From contig NZ_FRDN01000012.1 of assembly GCF_900143285.1 (NCBI RefSeq), positions 74,819 through 138,818 of the forward strand: a stretch of 64,000 bases of DNA. Direction: 5' to 3'. Source of the stretch: Desulfitobacterium chlororespirans DSM 11544 (GTDB lineage Bacteria; Bacillota; Desulfitobacteriia; Desulfitobacteriales; Desulfitobacteriaceae). The position numbers and the translations under genes were made by a program. Shown piece after piece: positions 29,242-39,154 of this stretch; the first letter of the stretch is position 1; each line of letters starts with the position of its first letter. The notes below the pieces were generated by a model, which made no database searches, was not told the DNA's origin, and was given only the letters and a program-made list of their open reading frames with translations.

Positions 29242-29694
29242 ATGGGAGTATTTGTTCAGCAGGTGCCGTCAAGGGTCTTGAATACTGCAGAATCAAATCA
29301 TGTGCCTAAACATATCCGGGGTGTCCTTGAAGAGTTTTTAAGGAGATATAGCGAGTTGCAGAGAGTAAGGCATCGGGAAATCGCCTTCTTGATGGCTGTT
29401 ATTGTGTTCGGTTTTCTCAGCCTTTGGGGCATGCTCTTTCCCAAGTACCCGGCGATTTCTTTCTGGCTCAACAGCCTGCTGCTGGTGGGATTTATTCTGA
29501 CCCTCGTGCAGTATGTTAAAGTGCGCAGGGTATCACAGCATGTTTATATCAATGTTCATATCCTCTATCATCATCTGTTAGGGAAGCTGGAAGTTGGCTT
29601 TTGTGAGCATGAGTCTCCTTGTCAATGTGCTGAGACTTTCCGCAAATACATGTGGAACCGGTACGGGATTTCATTTTATGGGAATTCCATCTAG
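29242..29694 (+). CDS. Hypothetical membrane protein (two central TM helices)
   Basis: ORF with RBS gtgagggag; hydrophobic core FLMAVIVFGFLSLWGMLF. Confidence 0.4.
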   Translation: MGVFVQQVPSRVLNTAESNHVPKHIRGVLEEFLRRYSELQRVRHREIAFLMAVIVFGFLSLWGMLFPKYPAISFWLNSLLLVGFILTLVQYVKVRRVSQHVYINVHILYHHLLGKLEVGFCEHESPCQCAETFRKYMWNRYGISFYGNSI

Positions 29695-29808
29695 TCTTAC
29701 TTATTAATGGAATGATGAAAAAGGGAATGGACATAATATAAAAGATATTCTCTCAGAGGATAAAAATCAAAAGTTAATCTAATGAAACCATGAAAGGGAG
29801 GAATTATG

Positions 29809-29973
29809 ATGCAAAAGTATGTATGCACCATCTGTCAGTATGTCTATGATCCTGAAGTAGGAGATCCGGATTCCGGAGTAGCTCCTGGCACAGCTTTTGA
29901 GAATATCCCCGAGGATTGGGTATGTCCTACTTGCGGTGTAAGCAAAGATCAATTTGAAGTATACGAAGGATAA
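29809..29973 (+). CDS. Rubredoxin (54 aa), absent from the ORF track
   Basis: [20 protein letters not shown]...[16 protein letters not shown]: two CxxC knuckles; RBS gggagg 7 nt upstream. Confidence 0.85.
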   Translation: MQKYVCTICQYVYDPEVGDPDSGVAPGTAFENIPEDWVCPTCGVSKDQFEVYEG

Positions 29974-29990
29974 TGTCCCCGTATAAAAAA

Positions 29991-30015
29991 ACCTGTCAAA
30001 TGTGACAGGTTTTTT
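29991..30015 (+). terminator. Terminator after the rubredoxin gene (palindrome acctgtcacatttgacaggt plus T6; A-run upstream, possibly bidirectional)
   Basis: Read directly from the sequence. Confidence 0.7.
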
Positions 30016-30242
30016 GCAATTTTATTGGATAAACTTTACAGAACCCAGACTGGGAGTAAGGCAAAATCTTCATCGATGAAGATTTTGAATTCTTTTCGTC
30101 CAAGGCGATGCCCGTCACCAGTCCGTACTTCCTGGTGAATTTTATTTATTTTCCCGGACATCTACTATAGTCTATGCGGTTGGATTATGGATGTGACAGC
30201 GTATACACATTTCTCCAGATCATTCGGGATATTTTAATATGC

Positions 30243-31319
30243 TCATTCTCCGTTCAAATAAGACTCGATGACCCGCCAGGAAATTGAGTCATTATTTATA
30301 GTATATTCCAGCAGCATATAGCCACTGATATGGCCATCTTCAAAATAAGCAAAGACCCATTTATCCGTAAGGACATGAATATCCTCCGGAAAGTAGAAGC
30401 CCATCGTTCCACCCAGAACCCCGTCATAGGGAATCAGTTCGGGATGCTGGATTAGATCGTCCGTAATATCTTTAAGCTTTCCGTTAAAACCCTTTCTTTT
30501 CAAGCTGTTTATGATGTGGGAACCATTCACCGAACTCAAACTATCCGGCTCCCATAGGCCAAGGCTTATACAGTGATGATCGGTATTGAGAATAAGCTTG
30601 CCGACGATGTCCTCTATCTCGTCTTTAGTGAAATCCGTCGTGTTCATTTGATAGACCGCCAGGCAGGTCAGGTTGGGAATCCCCGCCAGCCTTAAATTGA
30701 TAGAGTCGATGCTGTCGCTCGCCGCGTCAAGATTATAGATCTCGCTTTCCGGCCTGTTTTTGTTTAGCCTATTGGTATCATTATCAAATACCGTGAAATA
30801 AGTATGGGCATTGCCGGTCAATTCTTTATTTTTCCAGACGTACAGCTCCGCGCTTTTCTCCGGGTAGGGATTCTCAAGGTCTACAAGAGGTACGCCACCC
30901 AAACCTTGGCCGTAACTCGCTATGATCCAGGGTCTTTCTGTATTCTCCCTGACCAGCGTAAAGCCGATATATTGGTTCTCTCCGCTGTTGTAAGGAACCT
31001 TAGTCCCGTCATACTGAGCATTAAGATAAGCGCCCACCAAAGCGATCTTTTCTTCAGTCAAGCCCATTGTGACGGCAGCTTCACTGCTTAAGATCGTTTG
31101 AATATGCTGATCGTTCCGAACGGCCTGGAGGCTGTTTATCTCAAGACTGATGACGCCGAAATCGTTTTTCATGCCTTCCAGATACTGCCTTACAACTTCT
31201 ACCGCCGCATCCTGATCAGCCTGACTGAGTACGGCAGTATTACCTATCTGCGGGTTGCTGCAGCCCGCGCATAAGAATAATGTCAAGAACAGGGTTAGCC
31301 ATACTCTCACATCACTCAC
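30243..31319 (-). CDS. Lipoprotein (lipobox LCAGCS), 358 aa, function unknown
   Basis: MSDVRVWLTLFLTLFLCAGCSN signal peptide. Confidence 0.5.
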   Translation of the reverse strand: MSDVRVWLTLFLTLFLCAGCSNPQIGNTAVLSQADQDAAVEVVRQYLEGMKNDFGVISLEINSLQAVRNDQHIQTILSSEAAVTMGLTEEKIALVGAYLNAQYDGTKVPYNSGENQYIGFTLVRENTERPWIIASYGQGLGGVPLVDLENPYPEKSAELYVWKNKELTGNAHTYFTVFDNDTNRLNKNRPESEIYNLDAASDSIDSINLRLAGIPNLTCLAVYQMNTTDFTKDEIEDIVGKLILNTDHHCISLGLWEPDSLSSVNGSHIINSLKRKGFNGKLKDITDDLIQHPELIPYDGVLGGTMGFYFPEDIHVLTDKWVFAYFEDGHISGYMLLEYTINNDSISWRVIESYLNGE

Positions 31320-31504
31320 CTCCTTGGGGAAATTAATCCTTCAATGTCGTATCCCTTCAAGATTCGACACTATTCTAAGGACGAAAAGTAATTGATGATC
31401 GCTATATAAAGCGGATAACCTATTGCAGCAGCAATCATGAGAAGGCCTGTTATTGGAGCAGACTTATCTCCGCCGAAGGTTATCGGAAACAGCTTCCAAT
31501 GTGT

Positions 31505-32497
31505 TCAAACCAGCTTCTGACCGCAGTTGGAGCAAAAGTTGGCGCCCTCGGTCTTCTGTCCGCAGTTGGGGCAGAAATTAGGCTTTATTAAACCGGGTTC
31601 GCTGCCACCCTGGGGTGCGTGGCTGCCTCTCCCTTGCGTCTGTTCCTTCTGGGGACTGTTCATGCCCTTGATCATTTCATTGGCCATCTGCATCCCGATA
31701 GCCATACCGGCCATATCGGCTGCAGCACTGCCGCCCTGTCCTTTGCCGCCGGCGATCCCGTCCAGTACGGATACCTGCTGATAGCGGCCCATATCACCAA
31801 TCATGGTGTGGGAGGCAGCTTTGGCAATCATTTGCTGGATTTCTTCCGGATAGGTGAAGCTCATAATGGTAAGCTGGCTTACCGTGATGCCCAGATCATA
31901 AATCTGCATATCCAGATCCGTTTTCAGGCCGTCAGCGATAGCGAAGGAGTTGGACTGCAGATTGAACATATCCCTGCCTTCCTGGACGATCCATTTCATC
32001 AGAAGTTGGTCCAGCACCGCCATGATGCGCAGCCTGACATCCTCCACCAGGAACGAATCCTTTACACCCGCAATTCTGTCAATCAATTTAACGTAATCAT
32101 TGACTTTAAAAGTAAATGTTCCGTTAGCACGGATGGGAATACCACCGGGAAGCTGGGGTGTCGGAATGTTGATGGCACTTTTGGTCCCCCATTTTGCCAT
32201 AAATTCCTTGGTGTTGACAAACAGCACTTCGGCGCGCATCCCCGAATTGAACCCGAATTTAAAGCCCTGGAGGGTGGACAGAAAGGGGATAATCTGGGAC
32301 TCGATGTCATAATCGCCCTCGTCTTTAAAAATTCCCTCTATCCTGCCGTTAAAAAGGAAAATAGCATCCTGCCCTGGGCGGATTATCAGCTTACTGCCTC
32401 TTTTGATTTCGCGGTTGTGCCATTTCCAGAAGATCATGTCCTCGCGAAATTCTTCCCACTCTACGACATTGGAAAACTGCCCTGAAAAAAATCCCAT
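31505..32497 (-). CDS. ydjI: SPFH/Band-7 family protein with C-terminal double CxxC zinc ribbon (YdjI-like)
   Basis: MGFFSGQF N-terminus and SPFH core; CPNCGQ..CSNCGQ tail; synteny with pspA-ydjGH. Confidence 0.75.
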   Translation of the reverse strand: MGFFSGQFSNVVEWEEFREDMIFWKWHNREIKRGSKLIIRPGQDAIFLFNGRIEGIFKDEGDYDIESQIIPFLSTLQGFKFGFNSGMRAEVLFVNTKEFMAKWGTKSAINIPTPQLPGGIPIRANGTFTFKVNDYVKLIDRIAGVKDSFLVEDVRLRIMAVLDQLLMKWIVQEGRDMFNLQSNSFAIADGLKTDLDMQIYDLGITVSQLTIMSFTYPEEIQQMIAKAASHTMIGDMGRYQQVSVLDGIAGGKGQGGSAAADMAGMAIGMQMANEMIKGMNSPQKEQTQGRGSHAPQGGSEPGLIKPNFCPNCGQKTEGANFCSNCGQKLV

Positions 32498-32543
32498 GTA
32501 TTTTCCATCCTTTCTATGCTAAAATCGCGTCTTTAATTCAGTG

Positions 32544-33422
32544 TTAGAAGCTTCGACCGCCGCCACTGTGGGAATGACCTCCGGGAGAAACTCCGCCGCC
32601 CCCGCCTCTGCCACCACCAAAGCCGCTGTTGTTGTGCTCGTCCTTTTTCGGTCGTCTTACTTTGGTCACGGTGGTTCGGATATACTGGTCACTGTGGTCA
32701 AGAAGACGGGAATGTGCCGGATCGAGATAGGTACGATTATTGGTCGTGATCCTGCCCCCGGAGCGGGCCGCCATAATGCTCACCGCTGCGGCACCGATCA
32801 CCGCCGCCAGGCCAAGCTGGAAAAAGGTATTGAAAAAGATGGAGTCTTCCTGCTTGCTGTATCCGGCACCGTTGCTTTGGGGCGGGTTATAGTGGGGGGA
32901 GCTGCCAGGGTTTACTCCGGGGGAACCTTGAACCTCCTGCTGCATATAAGAAGCAGTCTGTTCAGCATATCCGAGCATGGCATCATAATAATTTCCGTCA
33001 GCCAGCTGCGGCGTAATATCATCCAGGATGTATTCGATCCGTTGATTGTTCAGATAGGTTTGCAACCTGCCATAGCCTTGGATTTCCACACTGCGCGCAC
33101 CGGGTGTCATATTTAGCAGCAGCAGCGCTGCTGAACGGTACACGCCGTCTCCATCGGCTCCTTTGGCATCATAGAATTCCTCCAAATAGAGCTGCGGGGT
33201 TTTTCCGTCCAGATCACTGGTTGTCACGATAACAATATCGATGTCGCTTTCCGAGCCATATTGCTGGCAGGTTTCCTCCAGCGATGCGCGCTCGTCTTCA
33301 GTGAACAGCTGTGCGCCATCAAAAATATGTTGATCCTGCAACGCTGCCGTCACACTGCTTGGATAGACGGCATACAGCATGATCACCAAAAGCAGAGCAA
33401 GCTTTGCCGCTCTTTTGCCCAT
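32544..33422 (-). CDS. ydjH: TPM-domain protein (TLP18.3/Psb32 phosphatase-like) with signal peptide, C-terminal TM and Gly-rich tail (YdjH-like)
   Basis: HIFDGAQLFTEDERASLEE..IDIVIVTTSDL. Confidence 0.75.
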   Translation of the reverse strand: MGKRAAKLALLLVIMLYAVYPSSVTAALQDQHIFDGAQLFTEDERASLEETCQQYGSESDIDIVIVTTSDLDGKTPQLYLEEFYDAKGADGDGVYRSAALLLLNMTPGARSVEIQGYGRLQTYLNNQRIEYILDDITPQLADGNYYDAMLGYAEQTASYMQQEVQGSPGVNPGSSPHYNPPQSNGAGYSKQEDSIFFNTFFQLGLAAVIGAAAVSIMAARSGGRITTNNRTYLDPAHSRLLDHSDQYIRTTVTKVRRPKKDEHNNSGFGGGRGGGGGVSPGGHSHSGGGRSF

Positions 33423-34483
33423 TATAAAACCCCTCCCCCCGCCAACATGGCAATGATTTTGATGATGACAAAGGATGTTGTGCTGATACCGGCGAACCAG
33501 GCCGCAATTTTTCCCGGACTGAGGGGGGGCTTGCCGACGATTTTGCCGGTCTGGCCGTTCATAGCAAAAATGTATTCCTTCCGGCCATAGTCATAACGAA
33601 CCATCCACACGGGAAAAAGGGCGTAATCGGCCTTTTTTTCATTAATGTTGATATTCTTGCTGATGAAGTTGGTGGTGGTATAGCCGCTGATGGTGGAGTT
33701 GATATAATCGGATACATAGCCCTCCACTCGGGCGCGCACCCGGGGGAACAGCTCCCGGTTGTCATAGTCATACTTTTCAGCCAGAAAACCGGCCAGATAG
33801 GGCATCATGAAATCCTTTAAGCTGCCATAATCATAGGGTTCCAGTTTATCCATCAGGGCATCGTCCATCTTCTGTGAGGCGTCCACAGGCACTTGCAGAT
33901 AATTCAGGTCAACAGTGCGGTGCACATGAAAAAAGCTGGTTTCTGTGTAGTTATAGTCGGCGTCTGAGTAAGCCCTTACCTTAGTGCATTCCGCCGTGGC
34001 TTCTCCCCAGCCATTAAGATCATACAGCCAGAAGGGCACATAGATGCCGGTGATGCCCTTGATGCGGTTGGCGGACATCAGTTCCTTAGGGGTAAGCAAA
34101 CCCTTACGGCACCATCTTTTAAAGGCCTCCTGGGCCTGCTGACGGTCGATGGCGAAGGGAATAACCTTGGCGGGGGCAAAACTGCCTTTAAGGCGGTCGT
34201 TCAAAACAACTGCCGCACCGCAAAAGCTGCAGGAAGTTGCCACAGTGTCTTTGTCAGTGATCAGTACCGCACCGCAATTCTGGCAGTGGTATTGATTGAC
34301 TGCGCCCTCGGCCCAAGGGGTGTGCTCCTCAGAAGTCGCAGTTCCTGGGTTTTGGGCATCACCCTGCTTGGGTATATCTTCGATGCTCTGATCTGTACCG
34401 CAGCTGTCGCAATGCAGCATGCCGCTGGTACTGTTAAATGCCATATCGGCTCCGCAATTCGGGCACTTATAATGTACCACCAT
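33422..34483 (-). CDS. ydjG: Multi-zinc-ribbon protein (YdjG-like); start placed at the ATG after AAGGAG
   Basis: MVVHYKCPNCGA..CDSCG..CQNCGA..CSFCGA; its stop overlaps the ydjH start (TAATG). Confidence 0.7.
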   Translation of the reverse strand: MVVHYKCPNCGADMAFNSTSGMLHCDSCGTDQSIEDIPKQGDAQNPGTATSEEHTPWAEGAVNQYHCQNCGAVLITDKDTVATSCSFCGAAVVLNDRLKGSFAPAKVIPFAIDRQQAQEAFKRWCRKGLLTPKELMSANRIKGITGIYVPFWLYDLNGWGEATAECTKVRAYSDADYNYTETSFFHVHRTVDLNYLQVPVDASQKMDDALMDKLEPYDYGSLKDFMMPYLAGFLAEKYDYDNRELFPRVRARVEGYVSDYINSTISGYTTTNFISKNININEKKADYALFPVWMVRYDYGRKEYIFAMNGQTGKIVGKPPLSPGKIAAWFAGISTTSFVIIKIIAMLAGGGVL

Positions 34484-34602
34484 GGATTCGTCTGCTCCTT
34501 TCAGCGCTGCTTCTTTTCCTGGAACATAGTTCAAGTCTTTGAGGTATGATGCAAAAAAGAAGCTGCCTCGGATGATTTCTTCTCAGGCAGCTTCCCCCAT
34601 AA

Positions 34603-35280
34603 TTACTTATTTAAGCTGGCTTTTAAGGCGGCAAGCTCATCATCAATGCTGGTATCAGGCTCTGTATCGTATTTGGCTGCCAGATCCTTAATGGAAGACT
34701 GGGACGACTTGTTCAGCTCAGCCATGGCTTTGGCTTGGTACAGGGCCTTATCCGCCAGCGCTTCATACCGCTCAAAACTGGCCATGGAATCGTTGGCACC
34801 TGAAACCGAGGACATCATTTTGTTCATGCGGTCCTGGGTCTTCGCTGCGGCTAGTTTGCCCTTAATCATATCCTTGCGGGATTCCAGTCCACCGATATCT
34901 GAAACCAGCTTATCATGCATTTGCCGCATGTGGGCAGCGTTGGCCTGGGCAAGATCGTAGGCTTCCTGCAGTCCGACCAGCTTGGCTTGCAAAGAGGCTT
35001 TATGGGTCAGAAACTTTCTGGCATCCGCTTCATTGCCAGCTTCCAGCGCTTTGAGCGCGTAAGACTGCATTTTTTCAATGTCGGCCTGGCATTCATCCAG
35101 CTCTCGTTGGGCGCGCTGTACTTCCGCCATAATGGTGGCGGTTTCCGACTTGACCTTGCCCAGATCGCTGTTCAGGTTCCGCAGGCACTGCTCGATCATC
35201 TTTTCCGGATCTTCCACTTTATCAAGCAAGGCGTTGATATTGCTTGACATGATCTCTTTGAATCTCCCCAGTATACTCAT
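34603..35280 (-). CDS. pspA: Phage-shock protein A / IM30 family (PspA/LiaH)
   Basis: MSILGRFKEIMSSNINALLDKVEDPEKMIEQ, coiled-coil, 225 aa. Confidence 0.85.
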   Translation of the reverse strand: MSILGRFKEIMSSNINALLDKVEDPEKMIEQCLRNLNSDLGKVKSETATIMAEVQRAQRELDECQADIEKMQSYALKALEAGNEADARKFLTHKASLQAKLVGLQEAYDLAQANAAHMRQMHDKLVSDIGGLESRKDMIKGKLAAAKTQDRMNKMMSSVSGANDSMASFERYEALADKALYQAKAMAELNKSSQSSIKDLAAKYDTEPDTSIDDELAALKASLNK

Positions 35281-35448
35281 GCGTTATTCCTCCATCATCC
35301 TATGATTTATTGTATTGGGGGCCCGAAAACCCCATTCAGCATCGTCTATAGTGCTATATTATGTTTATGTTAGTTCACAAATATTATATCACGGGCAGAG
35401 TAAGGCATCAATCAGGGGGAATTATTTGCAATTTATCAATAGACATAG

Positions 35449-35495
35449 AAAAAAGCCGCTTCGCTGAGTTTCGGTCAGCAGGGCGGCTTTCTGTC
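35449..35495 (-). terminator. Intrinsic terminator after the 35510..35869 gene (minus strand)
   Basis: Minus-strand agaaagccgccctgctgaccgaaactcagcgaagcggctttttt. Confidence 0.55.
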
Positions 35496-35509
35496 TGTGT
35501 TAAAGCAAG

Positions 35510-35869
35510 TCAGCTTATGGTATCGGAAGGAAGTTCATAGTCAGATCCTGGCTCGCCGGTGTCCCGATAGATGGACATATCCCTGTCGGTTTGGACCGGC
35601 TCAAATTCACCATTATCCGTCACGGCGGCCCGGGCGGAGCTCGGTTCTGCCGTATTGCTTTCGGCACCGGGCATGGACATTGGATAGCCAAGTGCTGCGC
35701 TATCTTGATCTTGACCGGCCATTGCAGCGGAGGTCATCTCGGAGGTCGTATCGGCTATCCTATCGCGGTCAGGATTTTGACTATTTGGCACAGGTGTTGG
35801 AGTCTCTCTGAAAACGTCTTGATCTTTCAAATTTATCACCTCAAGACCATTATGAGCTTTTCCCGGCAT
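35510..35869 (-). CDS. Low-complexity acidic/Pro-Ser-rich hypothetical protein (119 aa)
   Basis: ORF with its own terminator; no domain. Confidence 0.35.
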   Translation of the reverse strand: MPGKAHNGLEVINLKDQDVFRETPTPVPNSQNPDRDRIADTTSEMTSAAMAGQDQDSAALGYPMSMPGAESNTAEPSSARAAVTDNGEFEPVQTDRDMSIYRDTGEPGSDYELPSDTIS

Positions 35870-35880
35870 GATTATGCATT

Positions 35881-38169
35881 CTATAAAGCAAGGACGGCAG
35901 CTTCATCCCGATCCAGCTTATCCATGCAAAGCTTTAAGCGCTGAAGCAAAGCCGGCTCCCTAACCGCATCCCTCATCTGCCGCAGCAGGTCAATGGTGCG
36001 GCGAATGACAGAGATAATATCCCCTTCATCCAGATTGGACAAACGCTGAACTTCGGCAAAGGAAAGCCCTTGGCTCCAGGAATAGACGATGACCGCTACC
36101 CGGGGATCATAACGGACGGATTCCGGGCCGCAGACACTCTGAATGTAACGGGCTAAATCCTGCAGCGGAGTCCAGTCCAGAACGGGGAGCCTTTGAAAGT
36201 AATCGTTCTTGCGGGCCTCAAAATCAATGGCCGATAATAAGGCATTCAACTGGTCATCATCCATAGTTTCCAAAAGTCCTGAAAAAATCAGCTCCGTGAC
36301 CAATAATTCCTGAACATAAATATGACGGGCACATTCACCGCGGGGAAGCAGCTCGTCCTCCCGTATGTACCCCATTTGGATTAATTGATTCTTTTTAAAC
36401 TGGAATTCATTGAAAAAGAAGTTCTGATCCGGCAGAGTTTTCAGATCTTTACGGATTTCAATCATCCTTTGCTGCAGCTTTCGCCGTTGTTTGCTTTCCT
36501 CCTCGCAAAGAGCCAGCTTGGCGCCGGGGCATTTTTGCGGGGGTGTGGCCAGGAGCCTTTCCCAGTTTTTAATCTTGCGCGCCATTTCCCGGCCATAGAC
36601 CCGGTTTTGGCGGCGGGGGCCCAAGGCTTGATAGGATCGTTTGAGACGATCAAGCTCTTTCTTTTTCGGCAGATATTTCACAGGGCAGGCAAAGGAGTCG
36701 GTGTGCCGGCACACATGCTCCCCTTTGCCGTTGAATTGTTCCTCCAGTTGAGCCAGCTCAGCAATCAACTGACCGTGAGTTTGCAGATTGCTATGGGCTG
36801 CAAAGCTCTTTTGAAAGTAAATCTGGATTTGCTCATAGGAAAGGGTGGCCTGAAGATTGAGGACCGTGTTATAACTTAATTTAAATTGGCTGGTGAGCGG
36901 TTCCAGGCGATTGATGTTAAAGCGCGGAGGTGGGTTCTTTTCCATGTAATTCAGATCGACTAAAGCAAAGGAGTAACCCCGCTCATCCAATCCCCGGCGT
37001 CCGGCCCGTCCGGACATTTGGAAGAATTCATGATTGGCCAGGGGGCGAAAGTTGCGGCCGTCGAATTTATTCAGGGTATCAAAGCAGACGGAGCGAACGG
37101 GATAGTTAATGCCAACGCTGAAAGTTTCGGTGCAGTAGAGAACATGAATGAGGCGTTTGAGGAAAAGCTCCTCCACCAACACTTTTTGCGAGGGCATCAG
37201 ACCGGCATGGTGAAAGGCGATCCCTTTGACGGCTAAGCGTCGCAAAAGCCTGGTGGAGGGGTACCAATCGCTTTCCGGTCCGAAATGTTCCAGGAAGGCG
37301 TCCTCTACTTGTCTTTTTTCCTGGGGTTTCAAATAATTGGCGATCAAAGCTAGCTCAGAAGCCTTATCAGCACATTGCTTGCGGCTGAAAACAAAATAAA
37401 GGGCAGGCAGATAGTGTTTTTGGATCACTTTAATTAAATCCAGATGATGGGTGGGGGCAAAGATACTGCCTTCTGTAGGCTGGGCAGATTGGATCCGTTG
37501 GCGGTAATACTTCCAGAGCTTCTCGTAATTGACCAGACCGGTATCCTTGGCGAAATAATAGTATTCCAAGGGTACGATACGATGGTTTTCCTGGATCAGG
37601 GCAACCTCTTCCTGACGTATGCTGCCGATCCAATCCACCAATTGCCGGGCATTGGCCACGGTAGCACTAAGGCCTAACAGTTTCATATGGGGAGGGGCTA
37701 AGATGATCGACTCCTCCCAGACTGTGCCCCGTTCTTCATCGTTAAGCCAATGAATCTCATCAAAGATGATGTAGGATACCGATTCTAAAGCGGGATCGCC
37801 GGTGATCACTTGATTGCGGAAAATCTCGGTGGTCATGATCAGCAAAGGAGCTTCCGAGTTCAGCACCACGTCTCCCGTTAAAATTCCGACCTTATCTACG
37901 CCGAAAAGCTGCTTATAGTCCTTAAACTTTTGGTTGCTTAAGGCTTTAATCGGGGCGGTATAAATAATCCGGCGTCCTTCGGACATGACTTTTTCCACGA
38001 GGTAATCGGCGACAAGGGTCTTTCCCGTACCGGTGGGAGCTGCAACAATGACAGATTGCCCCTCGTCAATAGCATCTAAGGCTTCTTCTTGAAACCGATC
38101 CAAAACTAAGCCGTGGTATGTGCGCTCAGACACGAAAATCAACTCATTTCTTCCAGGAGTTCTTCTCAT
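35881..38169 (-). CDS. Ski2/HelY-like DExH-box superfamily-2 helicase
   Basis: Walker A AAPTGTGKT, DEIH box, SAT, helicase C motifs (QMSGRAGRRG). Confidence 0.85.
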   Translation of the reverse strand: MRRTPGRNELIFVSERTYHGLVLDRFQEEALDAIDEGQSVIVAAPTGTGKTLVADYLVEKVMSEGRRIIYTAPIKALSNQKFKDYKQLFGVDKVGILTGDVVLNSEAPLLIMTTEIFRNQVITGDPALESVSYIIFDEIHWLNDEERGTVWEESIILAPPHMKLLGLSATVANARQLVDWIGSIRQEEVALIQENHRIVPLEYYYFAKDTGLVNYEKLWKYYRQRIQSAQPTEGSIFAPTHHLDLIKVIQKHYLPALYFVFSRKQCADKASELALIANYLKPQEKRQVEDAFLEHFGPESDWYPSTRLLRRLAVKGIAFHHAGLMPSQKVLVEELFLKRLIHVLYCTETFSVGINYPVRSVCFDTLNKFDGRNFRPLANHEFFQMSGRAGRRGLDERGYSFALVDLNYMEKNPPPRFNINRLEPLTSQFKLSYNTVLNLQATLSYEQIQIYFQKSFAAHSNLQTHGQLIAELAQLEEQFNGKGEHVCRHTDSFACPVKYLPKKKELDRLKRSYQALGPRRQNRVYGREMARKIKNWERLLATPPQKCPGAKLALCEEESKQRRKLQQRMIEIRKDLKTLPDQNFFFNEFQFKKNQLIQMGYIREDELLPRGECARHIYVQELLVTELIFSGLLETMDDDQLNALLSAIDFEARKNDYFQRLPVLDWTPLQDLARYIQSVCGPESVRYDPRVAVIVYSWSQGLSFAEVQRLSNLDEGDIISVIRRTIDLLRQMRDAVREPALLQRLKLCMDKLDRDEAAVLAL

Positions 38170-38284
38170 TTTAGCAAACCCTTATTCCAGGGTCAAATTA
38201 TGGCAGGATTTCCTGCAAAAAATGGCATGAGGAAGGCGATAAGCCCATATGATGAAACAAGAACTGGCCAAGGGGGGAGTCTGA

Positions 38285-39154
38285 ATGTCATTGCGCCTAG
38301 AGGCCGAACAAGCTATGGGGCTTCGCTTCCCAGAGAGAAATGGTGAGGCGGTCATTCGTTTTGAGGAAACGATGGAGGTGCCCCATGGAGCTGAAGTGCT
38401 TATGCGGGGTCTTTATCGTGATCCCGACGATATCAAAAAAGGATTTAAGAACCTCCACCAGGAGACAGCCACCCTGCTGGAGATCCTCATGCCCCGTCGC
38501 GCCCGCCTGAAAGAATGGTTGGAAGAACTGCCTGAGCAACCTAAAGAAGCTGAGTCTTTTTTACGCGAAACATCGGAAAAGATTCAGCATCAGGATCGCA
38601 AAGTTTCCCAACTGGAACATGAATTGATATCTAAATTAGTGGAATCCGGCTTAGAGGATTTATTCCCGCTGCCGCTATCGGCCTTTGCCACACTCTCTTA
38701 TACTGATCCTTGCGCCAAAATCTTCCTGAGGCCTTTGGGAAGACTTGCCGAGATACTTAAATTAAGCCCCGAGATTTTGCGGCAAGTGGTGCGGGTCCAT
38801 TTTCTGTACAGCTTGCTTATTCTGGCAGGTCAGGATTTGGATGGCCAATCCTGCCAACGGGGCAATGAGGATGCCGTTCTCATCGGCATTGCTTCCTTTT
38901 TTACCCTCAAGCATCTGAAGAAGCATCCTCCCGAATTTCAGCATTGTTATGGGGAATGGGTGAAAGCTTGGGGCGGAAAAAGTTTTTTGCGTTTAATTGC
39001 CCAGGAAAGCAGTGTAGAAAAAGTAAGAGCCGCCATGATCTTTTGGCGGCGCAATCCCGAATTATCCTGGGATGGTATTTGGAATGGTCTCCAGTCCTTT
39101 GAGATGGAAAAGATCACAAGCCCGCGGCCTCTTTCCTCATGGCCAGTCCGCTAG
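38285..39154 (+). CDS. Hypothetical protein (289 aa)
   Basis: RBS aaggggggag; no domain recognised. Confidence 0.45.
   Translation: MSLRLEAEQAMGLRFPERNGEAVIRFEETMEVPHGAEVLMRGLYRDPDDIKKGFKNLHQETATLLEILMPRRARLKEWLEELPEQPKEAESFLRETSEKIQHQDRKVSQLEHELISKLVESGLEDLFPLPLSAFATLSYTDPCAKIFLRPLGRLAEILKLSPEILRQVVRVHFLYSLLILAGQDLDGQSCQRGNEDAVLIGIASFFTLKHLKKHPPEFQHCYGEWVKAWGGKSFLRLIAQESSVEKVRAAMIFWRRNPELSWDGIWNGLQSFEMEKITSPRPLSSWPVR

Noticed and set aside
31619-32485. 288-aa + strand ORF in the track
   Set aside because: It is antisense to the SPFH (ydjI-like) gene, whose identity and synteny are strong. The same applies to 32541..33116 versus ydjH.
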